Part shown: one piece after another, positions 34,168 through 44,404 of the stretch | Position numbering within the stretch: the stretch's first letter is position 1 | Layout of the letters: each line of letters begins with the position of its first letter | Source of the DNA: Myxococcota bacterium | GTDB taxonomy: Bacteria; Myxococcota_A; UBA9160; UBA6930 | Length of the DNA stretch: 64,000 bases | Reading direction: 5' to 3' | NCBI GenBank assembly: GCA_965223415.1 | Contig: OZ245002.1 | Span: 5,769,098-5,833,097 of the forward strand | Position numbers and translations under genes: made by a program | Notes under the pieces: generated by a model | Database searches by the model: none | Told to the model about the DNA's origin: nothing | What the model saw: only the letters and a program-made list of their open reading frames with translations

Positions 34168-36408
34168 CTAGCGGGTGGGGCTCCGGGGCGCGCCGGAGTA
34201 GGTCCGCACCTCCTGCCGGTTCCAGCGGCCCCGCTGGCGGGCGGCCTCGGTGGTGCCCTCGCCCGGGCGGATGTCGCCGAAGGCCAGGAGCTGGTTGTCG
34301 TCGGTGATGACGGTGCCGTGGGCGGCGTAGCTGACGAGCTGGGCGGAGCCGAGGCGCGTCTGGGCGCGGACCTGGGCCGGGTCGAGGGGGCGCGCGCCGA
34401 GGCCGGGCTCGCGGGCGAAGCCCGGCCACGTCGTGCCGAGGGGCGCGCCCTCGGATGCGGTGCGGCCCAGCAGGATGCCGGTGCTGCTCACCGGGTCGAC
34501 CCACAGGAGTGCGTCCGGGAAGACCTCCAGGAAGGTGGCCGCGATGGACTTCGAGTGGTGGGGCGTCACCAGATGGAAGGGCAGCCACTGGGCCACGACA
34601 CCGCCCGGTGTCAGGCGCGCGGCGGCGGTCTCGTAGAACTCGCGGGAGTAGAGGTTGTTCACGCCGGCGAAGTTCGGGGGCATCGGCTCGAGGGTGATGA
34701 CGTCGTAACGGTGGTCGGAGCGGCGCAGCCAGGCGCGGCCGTCCATCACGATGGGGTCGGTGCGGGGATCTTCGAGCACGCCGTGGTTCGACGGGAAGAG
34801 CGGCGCCATGCGCAGCACCGCCTCGCTGACATCGACGACGTCGAGGGCCTCGGGCCCCTCGTCCAGGACGGACCAGGCGGTCTTCCCCGTGCCGAAGCAG
34901 ATCACGAGACCGCGCTTCGGGTCGGGATGGAGAAGCATCGGCAGGCGCCCCATCCACTGCATGTAGTCGGCCTTGGGCGTCTGCACCGTCGCCAGGAAGC
35001 CGTCGATCATCAGCCAGCGCAGGCCGCGGGGCGTTTCCACCACCGAGGTGGTGGTGTCCGGCCCTTCGTGGATGGCCAGCACCTTCTTGCCGCCGAAGCC
35101 CTCCTCCCGGTAGGCCCGGTGGCGGCCCGGGCTGGAGGTGGCGGTCATCGCCACCACGAGGGCCGCGGCGCCGGCGACGGCGGCGACGAAGCGCATGCGG
35201 CCCGGGTTCACGAGCAGGGCGAGGAGCGCCACCGCCACGCCCAGGAGCCAGGCGGTGGGCGCGAAGCCCAGGCTGGGGAGCCACCACCAGGCGGCGAGCA
35301 GCGAGCCCGCCACCGCCCCGGCGGTGTTGAGCGCGTAGAGCCGGCCGCTGCGGTGGGGATCGCGGTGCGCCTCCAGATACCAGGGCAACGCCACCCCGAG
35401 CAGCAGCATGGCGGGCCCGAGGATCACGATGGAGAGGACGAGCCACCAGGCCATCGTCGTCCCGTAGCTGCCCTGGGAGGTGGCGAACAGGTCCATGCGC
35501 TCGACCAGCGGCGTGGCCAGCAGGATCGCGGCGGCGGCGGCGGCCAGCGTTGCGCCGGGGCCGACGCCACGGCGGTAGAGCCAGGCGGCGGCGTGGGCGC
35601 CCAGGGCGAGGGGCCCGAGCACCGAGGCGAGGATGATCGCGAAGCTGTCGGTGGTGCTCCAGAAGGCGGTGCGCAGGGCGCGGAACCACGCCACCTCGAG
35701 GCCGAAGGTGACGAGGCCCGTGCCGAACACCACGAGGCCGGGCAGCCAGAGCGAGCCCCCGTTCGCCGCGGCCGGAGACGGCTCGGGCTCGCTGACGGCC
35801 ACGCCTGGCCGGGGCACGGCCAAGAGCACCGCCGCCAGGGTCAGGTTCAAGCCGGCCACGAGCCAGGAGGTTCGTGTGACGCCGAGCGCCGGCAGCACGA
35901 CGAAGGAGACGAGCAGCACCCCAGCGAAGGCGCCGGCGGTGTTCAGGCCGTAGAGCACCGACACCGGCAGCCGGTAGCTCCGGGCCACGAGCTGGAACAC
36001 CGGAACGGTCGCGCCCATGGCGATGGTCGGCGGACCGAGCACGACCAGGATCGAGAACGCGTGGGTGAAGGGCGCGAGAGGCGGCGCCATCCGGTAGATC
36101 GCCGCATCCACGTCCCCGACGGCGGCGAAGGCTGGCAGGATCACGAGCCCCCACAGGCCGATCGTCGCCTCCAGCGCCGCGTAGGCGCGCAGGGGCCGCG
36201 CCACGCTTCGGCCGCCGCGCAGCCATCGCCCCATGCCGAGGGAGCCGATCGCCATGCCGCCCATCGTCGCGGCGAGGGTGAGCGCCGTTCCCAGCGCCGA
36301 GAGCCCAAGCGCCAACGTGGCGGCCAGCTGCCAGAGGATCTCCCAGGAGAGCGCCGCGACGCCGCCGGTCGCGACGGCGGCCAGGATCGCGATGCGCAGG
36401 GGCGACAT
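34168..36408 (-). CDS. Fused multi-TM / spermidine-synthase-like protein
   Basis: Many TMs with repeated LYxLNTAGA motifs, then ICFGTGKT, MDGRAWL and YDVITLEP SAM-type domain. Confidence 0.85.
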   Translation of the reverse strand: MSPLRIAILAAVATGGVAALSWEILWQLAATLALGLSALGTALTLAATMGGMAIGSLGMGRWLRGGRSVARPLRAYAALEATIGLWGLVILPAFAAVGDVDAAIYRMAPPLAPFTHAFSILVVLGPPTIAMGATVPVFQLVARSYRLPVSVLYGLNTAGAFAGVLLVSFVVLPALGVTRTSWLVAGLNLTLAAVLLAVPRPGVAVSEPEPSPAAANGGSLWLPGLVVFGTGLVTFGLEVAWFRALRTAFWSTTDSFAIILASVLGPLALGAHAAAWLYRRGVGPGATLAAAAAAILLATPLVERMDLFATSQGSYGTTMAWWLVLSIVILGPAMLLLGVALPWYLEAHRDPHRSGRLYALNTAGAVAGSLLAAWWWLPSLGFAPTAWLLGVAVALLALLVNPGRMRFVAAVAGAAALVVAMTATSSPGRHRAYREEGFGGKKVLAIHEGPDTTTSVVETPRGLRWLMIDGFLATVQTPKADYMQWMGRLPMLLHPDPKRGLVICFGTGKTAWSVLDEGPEALDVVDVSEAVLRMAPLFPSNHGVLEDPRTDPIVMDGRAWLRRSDHRYDVITLEPMPPNFAGVNNLYSREFYETAAARLTPGGVVAQWLPFHLVTPHHSKSIAATFLEVFPDALLWVDPVSSTGILLGRTASEGAPLGTTWPGFAREPGLGARPLDPAQVRAQTRLGSAQLVSYAAHGTVITDDNQLLAFGDIRPGEGTTEAARQRGRWNRQEVRTYSGAPRSPTR

Positions 36409-36445
36409 GACTAGAGCTTCACGGGACGGTGACGGGCCGGCACGA

Positions 36446-37759
36446 CTAGAGCTTCCGGACCTTCTCCATCCCCTCGGTCACGTCGCGGGTCGCGTTGCGC
36501 GTGTCGTAGACGCGTCCGGCCCGGGCGACCACTCGTGCGTAGTCCACGGCCTCGTGATCGGTCACGATCACGACCAGATCGGCGGCGGCCAGCTCGTCGT
36601 CGCTGAGCTCGACGCTCTTGAGCGTGCGGTCCTCGATGCTCAGCTCGGAAACGTGGGGGTCGTGGTAGCGGATGACCGCGCCCTTGGTCTCGAGCAGGCG
36701 GATGATGTCGACGGCCGGCGTCTCGCGCATGTCGCCCACGTTCGGCTTGTAGGCGACGCCGAGCACGAGCACCCGCGCGCCGTTCACGGCCAGGCGGTCC
36801 TCGTTCAGGAGATCGGCCACCGTGTCCGCCACGTGCTCGGGCATGTGGCCGTTGATGTCCGTCGCCAGCTCGATGAAGCGGGCGTTGAAGTTGAGGGACT
36901 TCATCTTCCAGGCCAGGTACGTCGGGTCCACCGGGATGCAGTGGCCGCCGAGCCCCGGGCCGGGCTGGAACTTCATGAAGCCGTAGGGCTTCGTCGCCGC
37001 GGCGTCGATCACCTCCCAGACGTCGAGGCCGAGGCGATCGCACATCAGCGCCACCTCGTTGGCCAGGCCGATGTTGATCGCCCGGAAGGTGTTCTCGAGC
37101 AGCTTCACCATCTCGGCGCTCTGGGTCGACGAGACGGGCACGACCGTGTCGAAGATCGTCTCGTAGATCTTCACGCCCAGCTCGGTGCAGAAGGGCGTCT
37201 CGCCGCCCACCACCTTCGGCACCTCGCGCACGGCGAACTTCGTGTTGGCCGGATCGATGCGCTCCGGGGCGAAGGCGACGGCGAAGTCGGCGCCGCACTC
37301 GAGGCCGCTCTCCTCGAGGAGCGGGACAAAGAGATCGTGGGTCGTGCCCGGGTACGTGGTGCTGCCGAGGATCACGAGCTGGCCGCTGCGCAGGCGCTTC
37401 CGGATATCCTCCACCGCGCGCACGATATGGGAGACGTCCGGGTCCTTGGCCTTGGTGAGCGGGGTCGGCACGCAGACGTTCACCACGTCCTGGGCCGAGA
37501 GCGCCGTGAAATCGGCGGAGGCGGCCAGGCGTCCGGCCTCCACCTCGCGCCGCACCTCGTCGGCGGGGACGTCCTCGATGTAGCTGCCGCCCTCCGAGAG
37601 CACGCGCACCTTCTCCCCATCCAGATCGAAGCCGGTCACGCGGAAGCCGGCCCGGGCGAACTCGAGGGCCAGGGGCAGGCCCACGTAGCCCAGACCGATC
37701 ACGCCGATGCGCGCCTCGCGACTGTCGATGTTGGCACTGAGGCTCTCGAGGCGGCTCAT
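36446..37759 (-). CDS. Nucleotide-sugar dehydrogenase (UDP-GlcNAc/ManNAc dehydrogenase family)
   Basis: GLGYVG, CVPTP, KLLENTFR and GGHCIPVDP motifs. Confidence 0.95.
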   Translation of the reverse strand: MSRLESLSANIDSREARIGVIGLGYVGLPLALEFARAGFRVTGFDLDGEKVRVLSEGGSYIEDVPADEVRREVEAGRLAASADFTALSAQDVVNVCVPTPLTKAKDPDVSHIVRAVEDIRKRLRSGQLVILGSTTYPGTTHDLFVPLLEESGLECGADFAVAFAPERIDPANTKFAVREVPKVVGGETPFCTELGVKIYETIFDTVVPVSSTQSAEMVKLLENTFRAINIGLANEVALMCDRLGLDVWEVIDAAATKPYGFMKFQPGPGLGGHCIPVDPTYLAWKMKSLNFNARFIELATDINGHMPEHVADTVADLLNEDRLAVNGARVLVLGVAYKPNVGDMRETPAVDIIRLLETKGAVIRYHDPHVSELSIEDRTLKSVELSDDELAAADLVVIVTDHEAVDYARVVARAGRVYDTRNATRDVTEGMEKVRKL

Positions 37760-37801
37760 GGGGAGACTCCGGGCCCGGGGGCCGGGGAAGGGGGAGGAGG
37801 T

Positions 37802-38467
37802 TCAGGAGGTCTCGGACGGCTCGCCGCCGAAGTAGTCGGCGAAGTAGACGTAGCCGGACCACAGGGTGAGTACCGTGGCGAGGGTCAAAAGTGCCAGACC
37901 GATGAGGTGGTTGGGTAGCCCCAGAGTCCCCTCGGGGAAGAGCAGCGCGCCGACCGCGATGTTCTGGGCCACGGCCTTGAGCTTGCCCCCAGCCTGGGCA
38001 CCGATCACCTGGCCGCCGGCGGAGGCGATGCCCCGGAGCCCGGTAACCGCCAGCTCCCGCCCGACGATCACCACCACCAGGATGACGCCCTCCGGCGGGA
38101 TCCGTCCCATGGCCAGGACGACGATCAGAGCCGTGGAGACGGTGATCTTGTCCGCCAGGGGGTCGAGGAGCTTGCCGATCTTCGTGACCTGCTGGCCGCG
38201 GCGGGCGGCCCAGCCGTCCAGCAGATCGCCCAGGGCAGCGACGATGAAGAGCCAGGCCACGATCCGCGAGCTCACCGGGTCCGGAAACCAGGGGAACGCC
38301 AGCAGCACCGGGATCACGGCCATGCGCAGGACCGTGATGGTGTTGGGCAGGTTCCAGAAACGTTCGCGCTCGGCAGACAGCTCGGAGGACTCCGGACGGG
38401 CCCGGTCCAGGGTGGCGGACCGGGCCCCGGTGGAGCCCGGCAGGGCCTCACCGAGGGAAGTCGCCAT
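37802..38467 (-). CDS. pgsA: CDP-diacylglycerol--glycerol-3-phosphate phosphatidyltransferase (start uncertain)
   Basis: NLPNTIT and DLLDGWAAR...GKLLDPLADK signature. Confidence 0.92.
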   Translation of the reverse strand: MATSLGEALPGSTGARSATLDRARPESSELSAERERFWNLPNTITVLRMAVIPVLLAFPWFPDPVSSRIVAWLFIVAALGDLLDGWAARRGQQVTKIGKLLDPLADKITVSTALIVVLAMGRIPPEGVILVVVIVGRELAVTGLRGIASAGGQVIGAQAGGKLKAVAQNIAVGALLFPEGTLGLPNHLIGLALLTLATVLTLWSGYVYFADYFGGEPSETS

Positions 38468-39068
38468 GGTAACGACGATAGTAGGAGAGGACCCGCCGCA
38501 CGTACTCGCGGGTCTCGGCATAGGGCGGAACGCCCCGATAGCGATCGACGGCCGTGGGTCCGGCGTTGTAGGCCGCCAGGGTGTGGGTCCAGCTTCCGTA
38601 GCGGTCGTGGAGGGTGCGCAAGTAGCGCACGCCGCCGTCGATGTTCTGCTCGGCGGCGAAGGGCTCGAGGACGCCAAGCATCCGGGCGGTATCGGGCATG
38701 AGCTGCATCAGCCCCATCGCGCCCTTCGGCGAGACCGCCCGCGGGTCGAAGGCCGATTCGGCGTGGATCACGGCTTTCACCAGGGCGGGGGGGATTCCCT
38801 GCTCCATTGCGTGCCTGCGGATCGTCGGATCGTAGATCCGCACGGGCCGGACCGCGTTCTTCGGCGCGATGCGGTAGCTGGCCGGCATGCGGAAGCGCTG
38901 GTAGCGGTCGTCGTCCGGGTTCACGTTCGTGAAGTGGACGACGCCACGGGCGTCCACATAGCGGTAGATCCCCTCGGCGCCAGCGGCCGGGGCCAGGAGC
39001 CAGAGGCCGGCCAGCGCCAAGCCGAGCAGGAGCCCCCGCCGGGGCCGCCTCGCAGCCTCGATCCCCAT
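38448..39068 (-). CDS. Lytic transglycosylase (SLT) with N-terminal DUF4124-like segment
   Basis: IYRYVDARGVVHFTN, AES, GLMQLMP, AAYNAG and ETREYV motifs. Confidence 0.92.
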   Translation of the reverse strand: MGIEAARRPRRGLLLGLALAGLWLLAPAAGAEGIYRYVDARGVVHFTNVNPDDDRYQRFRMPASYRIAPKNAVRPVRIYDPTIRRHAMEQGIPPALVKAVIHAESAFDPRAVSPKGAMGLMQLMPDTARMLGVLEPFAAEQNIDGGVRYLRTLHDRYGSWTHTLAAYNAGPTAVDRYRGVPPYAETREYVRRVLSYYRRYHGDFPR

Positions 39069-39156
39069 CGATTCCCCCGGGGAATTGTTCCCGGTCCGTT
39101 GCGAGAGATAGACTCGCCCCACCGTCCCTCCCTATCGGAGCATCCGAGGCCCGTTC

Positions 39157-40779
39157 TTGAGCCGCCCGGTGAACGGATCCGACAGCAACGACGCCGACGT
39201 TCTCGTGCTCGGAAGCGGGATTGCAGGGCTCTTCTACGCCCTGCGGGTGGCCGAGCGCGCGCGTGTGGTGCTCGTCACCAAGAAGCACGCGGCCCAGGCG
39301 GCCACGAACTTCGCCCAGGGGGGCATCGCCGCGGTCGTCTCCGGGGACGACTCGGTGGAAGAGCACGTCCGCGACACCCTGGAGGCCGGAGCGGGCCTGT
39401 GCCGGGAGGACGTGGTGCGCTTCGTGGTCGAGCGCGGCGCCGGCGCCATCGACGCGCTGCTCAAGCTGGGCGTGGAGTTCGACCGGGACGAGGAGGGCGA
39501 GTTCTCCCTGGGCCGGGAGGGAGGCCACACCCGCCGGCGGGTCCTCCACCACCGGGACGCCACAGGCCGGGAGATCGAGCGGGCGCTCCTGGCCCGGGCC
39601 CGGGCCCATCCGAACATCCGGCTGCTCGAGGACTTCATGGCGGTGGACCTGCTCACCTCGCGGCGAGCGGGCATGCCGGGCCCGAACCGCGCGCTGGGTG
39701 CCTACGTCCTCGACGCCCACCGCGGCACCGTCCACCGCTTCCGCGCGCGCGCCACCTTCCTCGCCACCGGCGGCGCCGGCAAGGTCTACCTCTACACGAG
39801 CAACCCGGACATCGCGTCGGGCGACGGCATCGCCATGGCCTATCGGGCCGGTGCCACGGTGGCGAACATGGAGTTCTTCCAGTTCCACCCGACCTGCCTC
39901 TTCCATCCCCAGGCCAAGTCCTTCCTCATCAGCGAGGCGGTGCGGGGCGAGGGCGGCATCCTGCGCAACGCCGCCGGCAACGCCTTCATGGCGCCCTACC
40001 ACCCGATGGGCGACCTGGCTCCCCGCGACATCGTGGCCCGCGCCATCGACACGGAGCTGAAGCGCACCGGCGACGACTCGGTCTTCCTCGACATCACCCA
40101 CCGGGACGCCGCCTTCCTGAAGGATCGCTTTCCCACGATCCACGAGCGCTGTCTCGAGTTCGGCGTTGACCTCGTCCGGGAGCCGATCCCGGTGGTGCCC
40201 GCCGCCCACTACTGCTGCGGCGGCGTCGTGACCGACGTCCACGGCGAGACCGACGTGCAGAACCTCTTCGCCGCCGGCGAGGTCACCTGCACGGGCCTCC
40301 ACGGCGCCAACCGGCTGGCCTCGAACTCGCTGCTGGAGGGCGTCGTGTTCGCCCAGGCCGCCGCCGACGAGACCCTCGCCCGCCTCCCCGACCTCCCCAC
40401 CCACGACGGGCCCATCGAGCCCTGGCACGAAGGCGCCGCCACCGAGAGCAGCGAGGCGGTCGTCATCACCCAGAACTGGGACGAGATCCGCCGCTTCATG
40501 TGGAACTACGTCGGCATCGTGCGCACGGACAAGCGGCTCGCCCGCGCCCGCCGCCGCATCGTCCTCCTGCAGGACGAGATCACCGAGTACTACTGGAACT
40601 TCCGCGTCATCCCGCCGCTGCTCGAGCTGCGCAACCTGGCCACCGTGGCCCAGCTCGTGATCGCCTGCGCGAGCATGCGCAACGAGAGCCGCGGCCTGCA
40701 CTACACGCTCGACCACCCGGACCGCGTCCCCGACGGCCGGGCGGAGGACACGTTGGTTCGGCACCCGGAGGCGCGCTAG
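39157..40779 (+). CDS. nadB: L-aspartate oxidase
   Basis: GSGIAG, AQGGIA, QFHPT and GLHGANRLASNSLLE motifs. Confidence 0.96.
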   Translation: MSRPVNGSDSNDADVLVLGSGIAGLFYALRVAERARVVLVTKKHAAQAATNFAQGGIAAVVSGDDSVEEHVRDTLEAGAGLCREDVVRFVVERGAGAIDALLKLGVEFDRDEEGEFSLGREGGHTRRRVLHHRDATGREIERALLARARAHPNIRLLEDFMAVDLLTSRRAGMPGPNRALGAYVLDAHRGTVHRFRARATFLATGGAGKVYLYTSNPDIASGDGIAMAYRAGATVANMEFFQFHPTCLFHPQAKSFLISEAVRGEGGILRNAAGNAFMAPYHPMGDLAPRDIVARAIDTELKRTGDDSVFLDITHRDAAFLKDRFPTIHERCLEFGVDLVREPIPVVPAAHYCCGGVVTDVHGETDVQNLFAAGEVTCTGLHGANRLASNSLLEGVVFAQAAADETLARLPDLPTHDGPIEPWHEGAATESSEAVVITQNWDEIRRFMWNYVGIVRTDKRLARARRRIVLLQDEITEYYWNFRVIPPLLELRNLATVAQLVIACASMRNESRGLHYTLDHPDRVPDGRAEDTLVRHPEAR

Positions 40780-40782
40780 CGC

Positions 40783-42210
40783 TCAGCCCCGGGGCTCGAG
40801 CACCCCCAGGTCCACCAGCGCGTTCACCGCGCCCAGGATCTCCGCGTCGGGCTCCGGGATCACGTCGATGAGCCGGCGCAGGGTAAAGCCGGCTTCGGCC
40901 AGGTCGAGCACAGCCTGCTCGATCTTCGAGGACTCGACCTCGGAGCCGCGCGCGTCCCAGTCGACGCGGAAGGTCGTCGTCATCTCGACCGGGACGTCGA
41001 CGACCCGGGCGCGTTCGTCCAGCTGGCGGACCGCATCGAGAATGGCGGCCTCGAGGGACTGGGGCTCGTCCTCTTCGTCGAGGGGATCGACGTTGGAGTA
41101 GAACTCGAAGCGGCCGTCGGGCCAGCCGAGCAGCCGCGACAGGGCCTTCGTGCCGCGCAGGGCGCCGAGGCGGGCGTAGCGCAGCACGCCGCCTTCGAAG
41201 GCAATGACGCCCTCTTCGGCGCCGTGGGTCGCGATCAGGGTGCCGCAGGGAGAGGTGTTGCCGAGCATCTGGACCAGGTTCGGCATGCCGAGCTCTTCGA
41301 TCAGGCCGCTGATGCCCGCCTCCTGGCGCTCCGCCGCGTTGTCGCGCACGCCCTGGACGAAGCTCGCGATCAGGTCGGCCTGGCTCTCGGCGGGATCGAA
41401 CTGCACGCCAACCGCCGCGACGGTTCCGTCGGACTCGACGTGACGGGAGACACGGCCGGTCACCTCGATGTGGTCGCCGGAGTCGGGGCTTTGGAGGCGC
41501 AGCTTCACCTCCTTGCCGAGGGGGATCTCGCTCGCGTCGGCAGAAATGAGCGCGCCGCTCTCGCTGAGGTCCCGGGTGTGGCCGTCCAGGTGGAAATCGC
41601 TCGTGGCGAGTCGGGCGGGCACCGAGGCACGCGCGCGGGGACCGCGCCGGCGCTCTTCCCGAGACGGCGCCAGGTCTTCGTCGCGGAGGTCGCCGTCGGT
41701 GCTCTCGCGCAGGACGTCCTCGAGCAACGCGGGATCGATCGCCAGGCGTTCGAGCTCTTCGCTCTCGAGCGGCTCGACGCCGGGCTGGGTGAACTCGGCC
41801 TCCACCTCGAGCTCCGGCTCGGGCCTCGGTGCGACCCGGGGCTCGGGCTGGCGGTCCGGCCTCGGTTTGAGCCGCGGCTCCGGCTCGGCTCGGGGTTCGA
41901 GCTCCGGCTGGGTGTCCTGGTCGTTGGCCTCCGGCCCGGGCGCTCCCAGATGCGGCAGCAGCCGCCCGCGCAGCTCCGACGCGTCCTCGGCGAACTGCAC
42001 CGCCACCGCGCCGGGCATCTGGTGCACGACCTCGGCCTCGAGCACGAGGTTCAGCCCGGCGAACGTCAGTAAGATTTCCACCTCGACCTGCTCGCGCAGG
42101 GAGAGCTCGAGCTCCGTGTGGACGAACGCGCCCCCAGCGCTCATGTTGCGCTCGTACTCCTGCCGGAATCCATCGGGATCCTCGAAGACGAGTCGGAGCC
42201 TGTGGGTCAT
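40783..42210 (-). CDS. Tandem PilZ-domain protein with C-terminal DUF4388-like domain
   Basis: NMSAGG in domain 1; ERRRGPR and DLSESG in domain 2; ISGLIEELGMPNLVQML...GRFEF C-terminal domain. Confidence 0.82.
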   Translation of the reverse strand: MTHRLRLVFEDPDGFRQEYERNMSAGGAFVHTELELSLREQVEVEILLTFAGLNLVLEAEVVHQMPGAVAVQFAEDASELRGRLLPHLGAPGPEANDQDTQPELEPRAEPEPRLKPRPDRQPEPRVAPRPEPELEVEAEFTQPGVEPLESEELERLAIDPALLEDVLRESTDGDLRDEDLAPSREERRRGPRARASVPARLATSDFHLDGHTRDLSESGALISADASEIPLGKEVKLRLQSPDSGDHIEVTGRVSRHVESDGTVAAVGVQFDPAESQADLIASFVQGVRDNAAERQEAGISGLIEELGMPNLVQMLGNTSPCGTLIATHGAEEGVIAFEGGVLRYARLGALRGTKALSRLLGWPDGRFEFYSNVDPLDEEDEPQSLEAAILDAVRQLDERARVVDVPVEMTTTFRVDWDARGSEVESSKIEQAVLDLAEAGFTLRRLIDVIPEPDAEILGAVNALVDLGVLEPRG

Positions 42211-42335
42211 CGGGGCGGCGCACCTCGAACCGCCACCCGGCTGCCGAATGCGGCCGGACGGAGTCTCCGGCCGTATCGGCGGGACGAGCGACCCGCATGA
42301 CAGGGAGGCCGTGTATTCCCCTCGGGGAGAGCGGC

Positions 42336-43028
42336 TCAGGTGCCGTGGACGAGGGTCTGGAAGAGCCGCGCTTGGACGGATCCCAGCTCGAGCTCCGGGT
42401 GCCACTGGACGGCCTGGAGCCAGGGCGCTCCGTCCAGCTCGAGGGCCTCCACCGTGCCGTCGCGGGCGTGGGCCACCGGGCGCAGGCCGCGACCGAGCTG
42501 GCGCACGGCCTGGTGGTGCCAGCTCGCCACCTGCCCGAGCCGCTCGGCTCCGAACAGCCGGGCCAGGGCGGAGCCGGCCACGAGCTCCACCGGGTGGAGG
42601 GTGGGCTCGTCCTGGCTGCGGCGGTGGGCGACCTCCTCGCCCACCACGTCAGGCAGGTGCGGGTGCACGTCGCCGCCGAGCGCCACGTTCAGCACCTGCA
42701 TGCCGCGGCAGATCGCGAGGGTCGGGAGCTCTCGCTCCAGGGCCGCTTGCGTGAGGGCCAGCTCGAAGCGATCGCGCTCCTGACACATCGAGTACATGTG
42801 GTCGTGGGCCGGCTCCCCCAGGGTCTCCGGGTGCAGGTCGCCGCCGCCGGTGATGACGAGACCATCGAGTCTCTCCAGCAAGGCCGCGGGTGCCTCGGCG
42901 CCGGGCACGAGCAGCACCGGCTCCCCGCCGGCCTGGCGCACGCCGTCCACGTAGGCGTCGGGCAGGGTGAAGCGCGAGCGCCCTTCCCTCTCCCGGTGGT
43001 AGGTCGTGACGCCGATCCAGGGCGCCAC
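42336..43028 (-). CDS. Gamma-glutamyl-GABA hydrolase family (peptidase C26, PuuD-like)
   Basis: TGGGD, ICRGMQ and QWHPE motifs. Confidence 0.92.
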   Translation of the reverse strand: MAPWIGVTTYHREREGRSRFTLPDAYVDGVRQAGGEPVLLVPGAEAPAALLERLDGLVITGGGDLHPETLGEPAHDHMYSMCQERDRFELALTQAALERELPTLAICRGMQVLNVALGGDVHPHLPDVVGEEVAHRRSQDEPTLHPVELVAGSALARLFGAERLGQVASWHHQAVRQLGRGLRPVAHARDGTVEALELDGAPWLQAVQWHPELELGSVQARLFQTLVHGT

Positions 43029-44404
43029 TACACCCGCTCGAAGTAGCGCGCTCGCTCCCAGTCGGTCACGGCGCCGCGGAAGCCCGCGGCCTCGGTGCGG
43101 GCGAAGTGGAGCAGGTGGTTCGTGACGTCGTCCCCGAAGCTCTTGCGGACGAAGGCGCTCCCCTCGAGCAGGGCGATGGCCTCCTCGAGGCTCGCGGGAA
43201 CCTGGGGCAGGTCCTGAGCCTCGTAGACGTTTCCCTCGAAGACCGGCCCGGGGTCGAGATCGTTCTCGATGCCGTCAAGCCCGGCGGCGAGCAGGGCGGC
43301 GTACACCAGGTAGGGGTTGGCGTCGGCGCCAGGAATGCGGCACTCGACCCGGAGCCCCGCGCCCTGCCCCACCACCCGGAAGCCCGCGGTGCGGTTGTCC
43401 CAGCTCCAGGCGATGCCGGTCGGCGCGAAGGTGCCCGGCTGGAAGCGCTTGTAGCTATTCACCGTCGGCGCGAAGAAGAAGGCGAGCTCCCGGGCGTGGG
43501 CCAGGAGGCCGCCCAGGAAGGCCCGGAAGGTGGGCGAGCAGGTCGCCGGCGTGCCGGCCAGGGGCTCCGCACCGGCGAAGGCCGCCTGGCCGGCCGGGCT
43601 CCACAGGCTCGCGTGCACGTGCAGGCTGTTGCCGGCCAGCTCCGCGTCCCACTTGGCCATGAAGGTGAGCGCCTGGCCGGCCCGGTGGGCGATCTCCTTC
43701 GCCGCCAGCTTGTAGACGACGTGGCGGTCGGCCATCTCCAGGGCCTCCGCATAGCGAAGGTTGATCTCGTGCTGGCCGGGGCCCCACTCCCCCTTGCTGA
43801 ACTCCACGGGGATGGCCGAGGCGTGCACGTCCCGACGGATGGCGCCGATCACGTGCTCGGCCATGGTGCCGGAGAGCAGGTGGTAGTCCTCGATGTAGTC
43901 CTGGCTGGTCGCGAGCCCGCGGTAGCCCTTCTCCCGGGCGCCCCGGTAGCCCTCGTCGAAGAGGAAGAACTCGAGCTCGCTCCCCATCTTGGGGACGAAG
44001 CCCAGGCTGGAGGCCCGCTCGAGCTGGCGTTTCAGGATGCTTCGCGGCGCGACGGGAACGGGGCCGCCGGCCTCGGCGTCGCAGAGCACGAGCGCCGTGC
44101 GTTCCAGCCAGGCGGCACGGCGGAGCGTGCCGAGATCGGGCACCGCGTGGAGATCGCCGTAGCCGGTCTCCCAGCTCGTGAAGGCATAGCCGGGCGTCGG
44201 GTCCATCTCCATGTCGCAGGCGAGCAGGTAGTCGCAGACGTGCATGCCGCCGGAGACCACCTCGTCGAGGAAGAACTCCCCGACGATGCGCTTGCCGACG
44301 AGACGGCCGTAGAGATCCGGCAGCGCGGTGATGACCGTCTCGATCTCGCCCGCCTCGATCCCGCGGCGCAAGCCCTCGAGATCGAGCCGGCCGCGTTCGG
44401 TCAC
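43028..44404 (-). CDS. Glutamine synthetase family protein (PuuA-like gamma-glutamyl ligase)
   Basis: GTG overlaps the purF stop; ELEF, EWGPGQHE, NSYKR, DNRT and ECRIPGADANPY motifs. Confidence 0.92.
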   Translation of the reverse strand: MTERGRLDLEGLRRGIEAGEIETVITALPDLYGRLVGKRIVGEFFLDEVVSGGMHVCDYLLACDMEMDPTPGYAFTSWETGYGDLHAVPDLGTLRRAAWLERTALVLCDAEAGGPVPVAPRSILKRQLERASSLGFVPKMGSELEFFLFDEGYRGAREKGYRGLATSQDYIEDYHLLSGTMAEHVIGAIRRDVHASAIPVEFSKGEWGPGQHEINLRYAEALEMADRHVVYKLAAKEIAHRAGQALTFMAKWDAELAGNSLHVHASLWSPAGQAAFAGAEPLAGTPATCSPTFRAFLGGLLAHARELAFFFAPTVNSYKRFQPGTFAPTGIAWSWDNRTAGFRVVGQGAGLRVECRIPGADANPYLVYAALLAAGLDGIENDLDPGPVFEGNVYEAQDLPQVPASLEEAIALLEGSAFVRKSFGDDVTNHLLHFARTEAAGFRGAVTDWERARYFERV

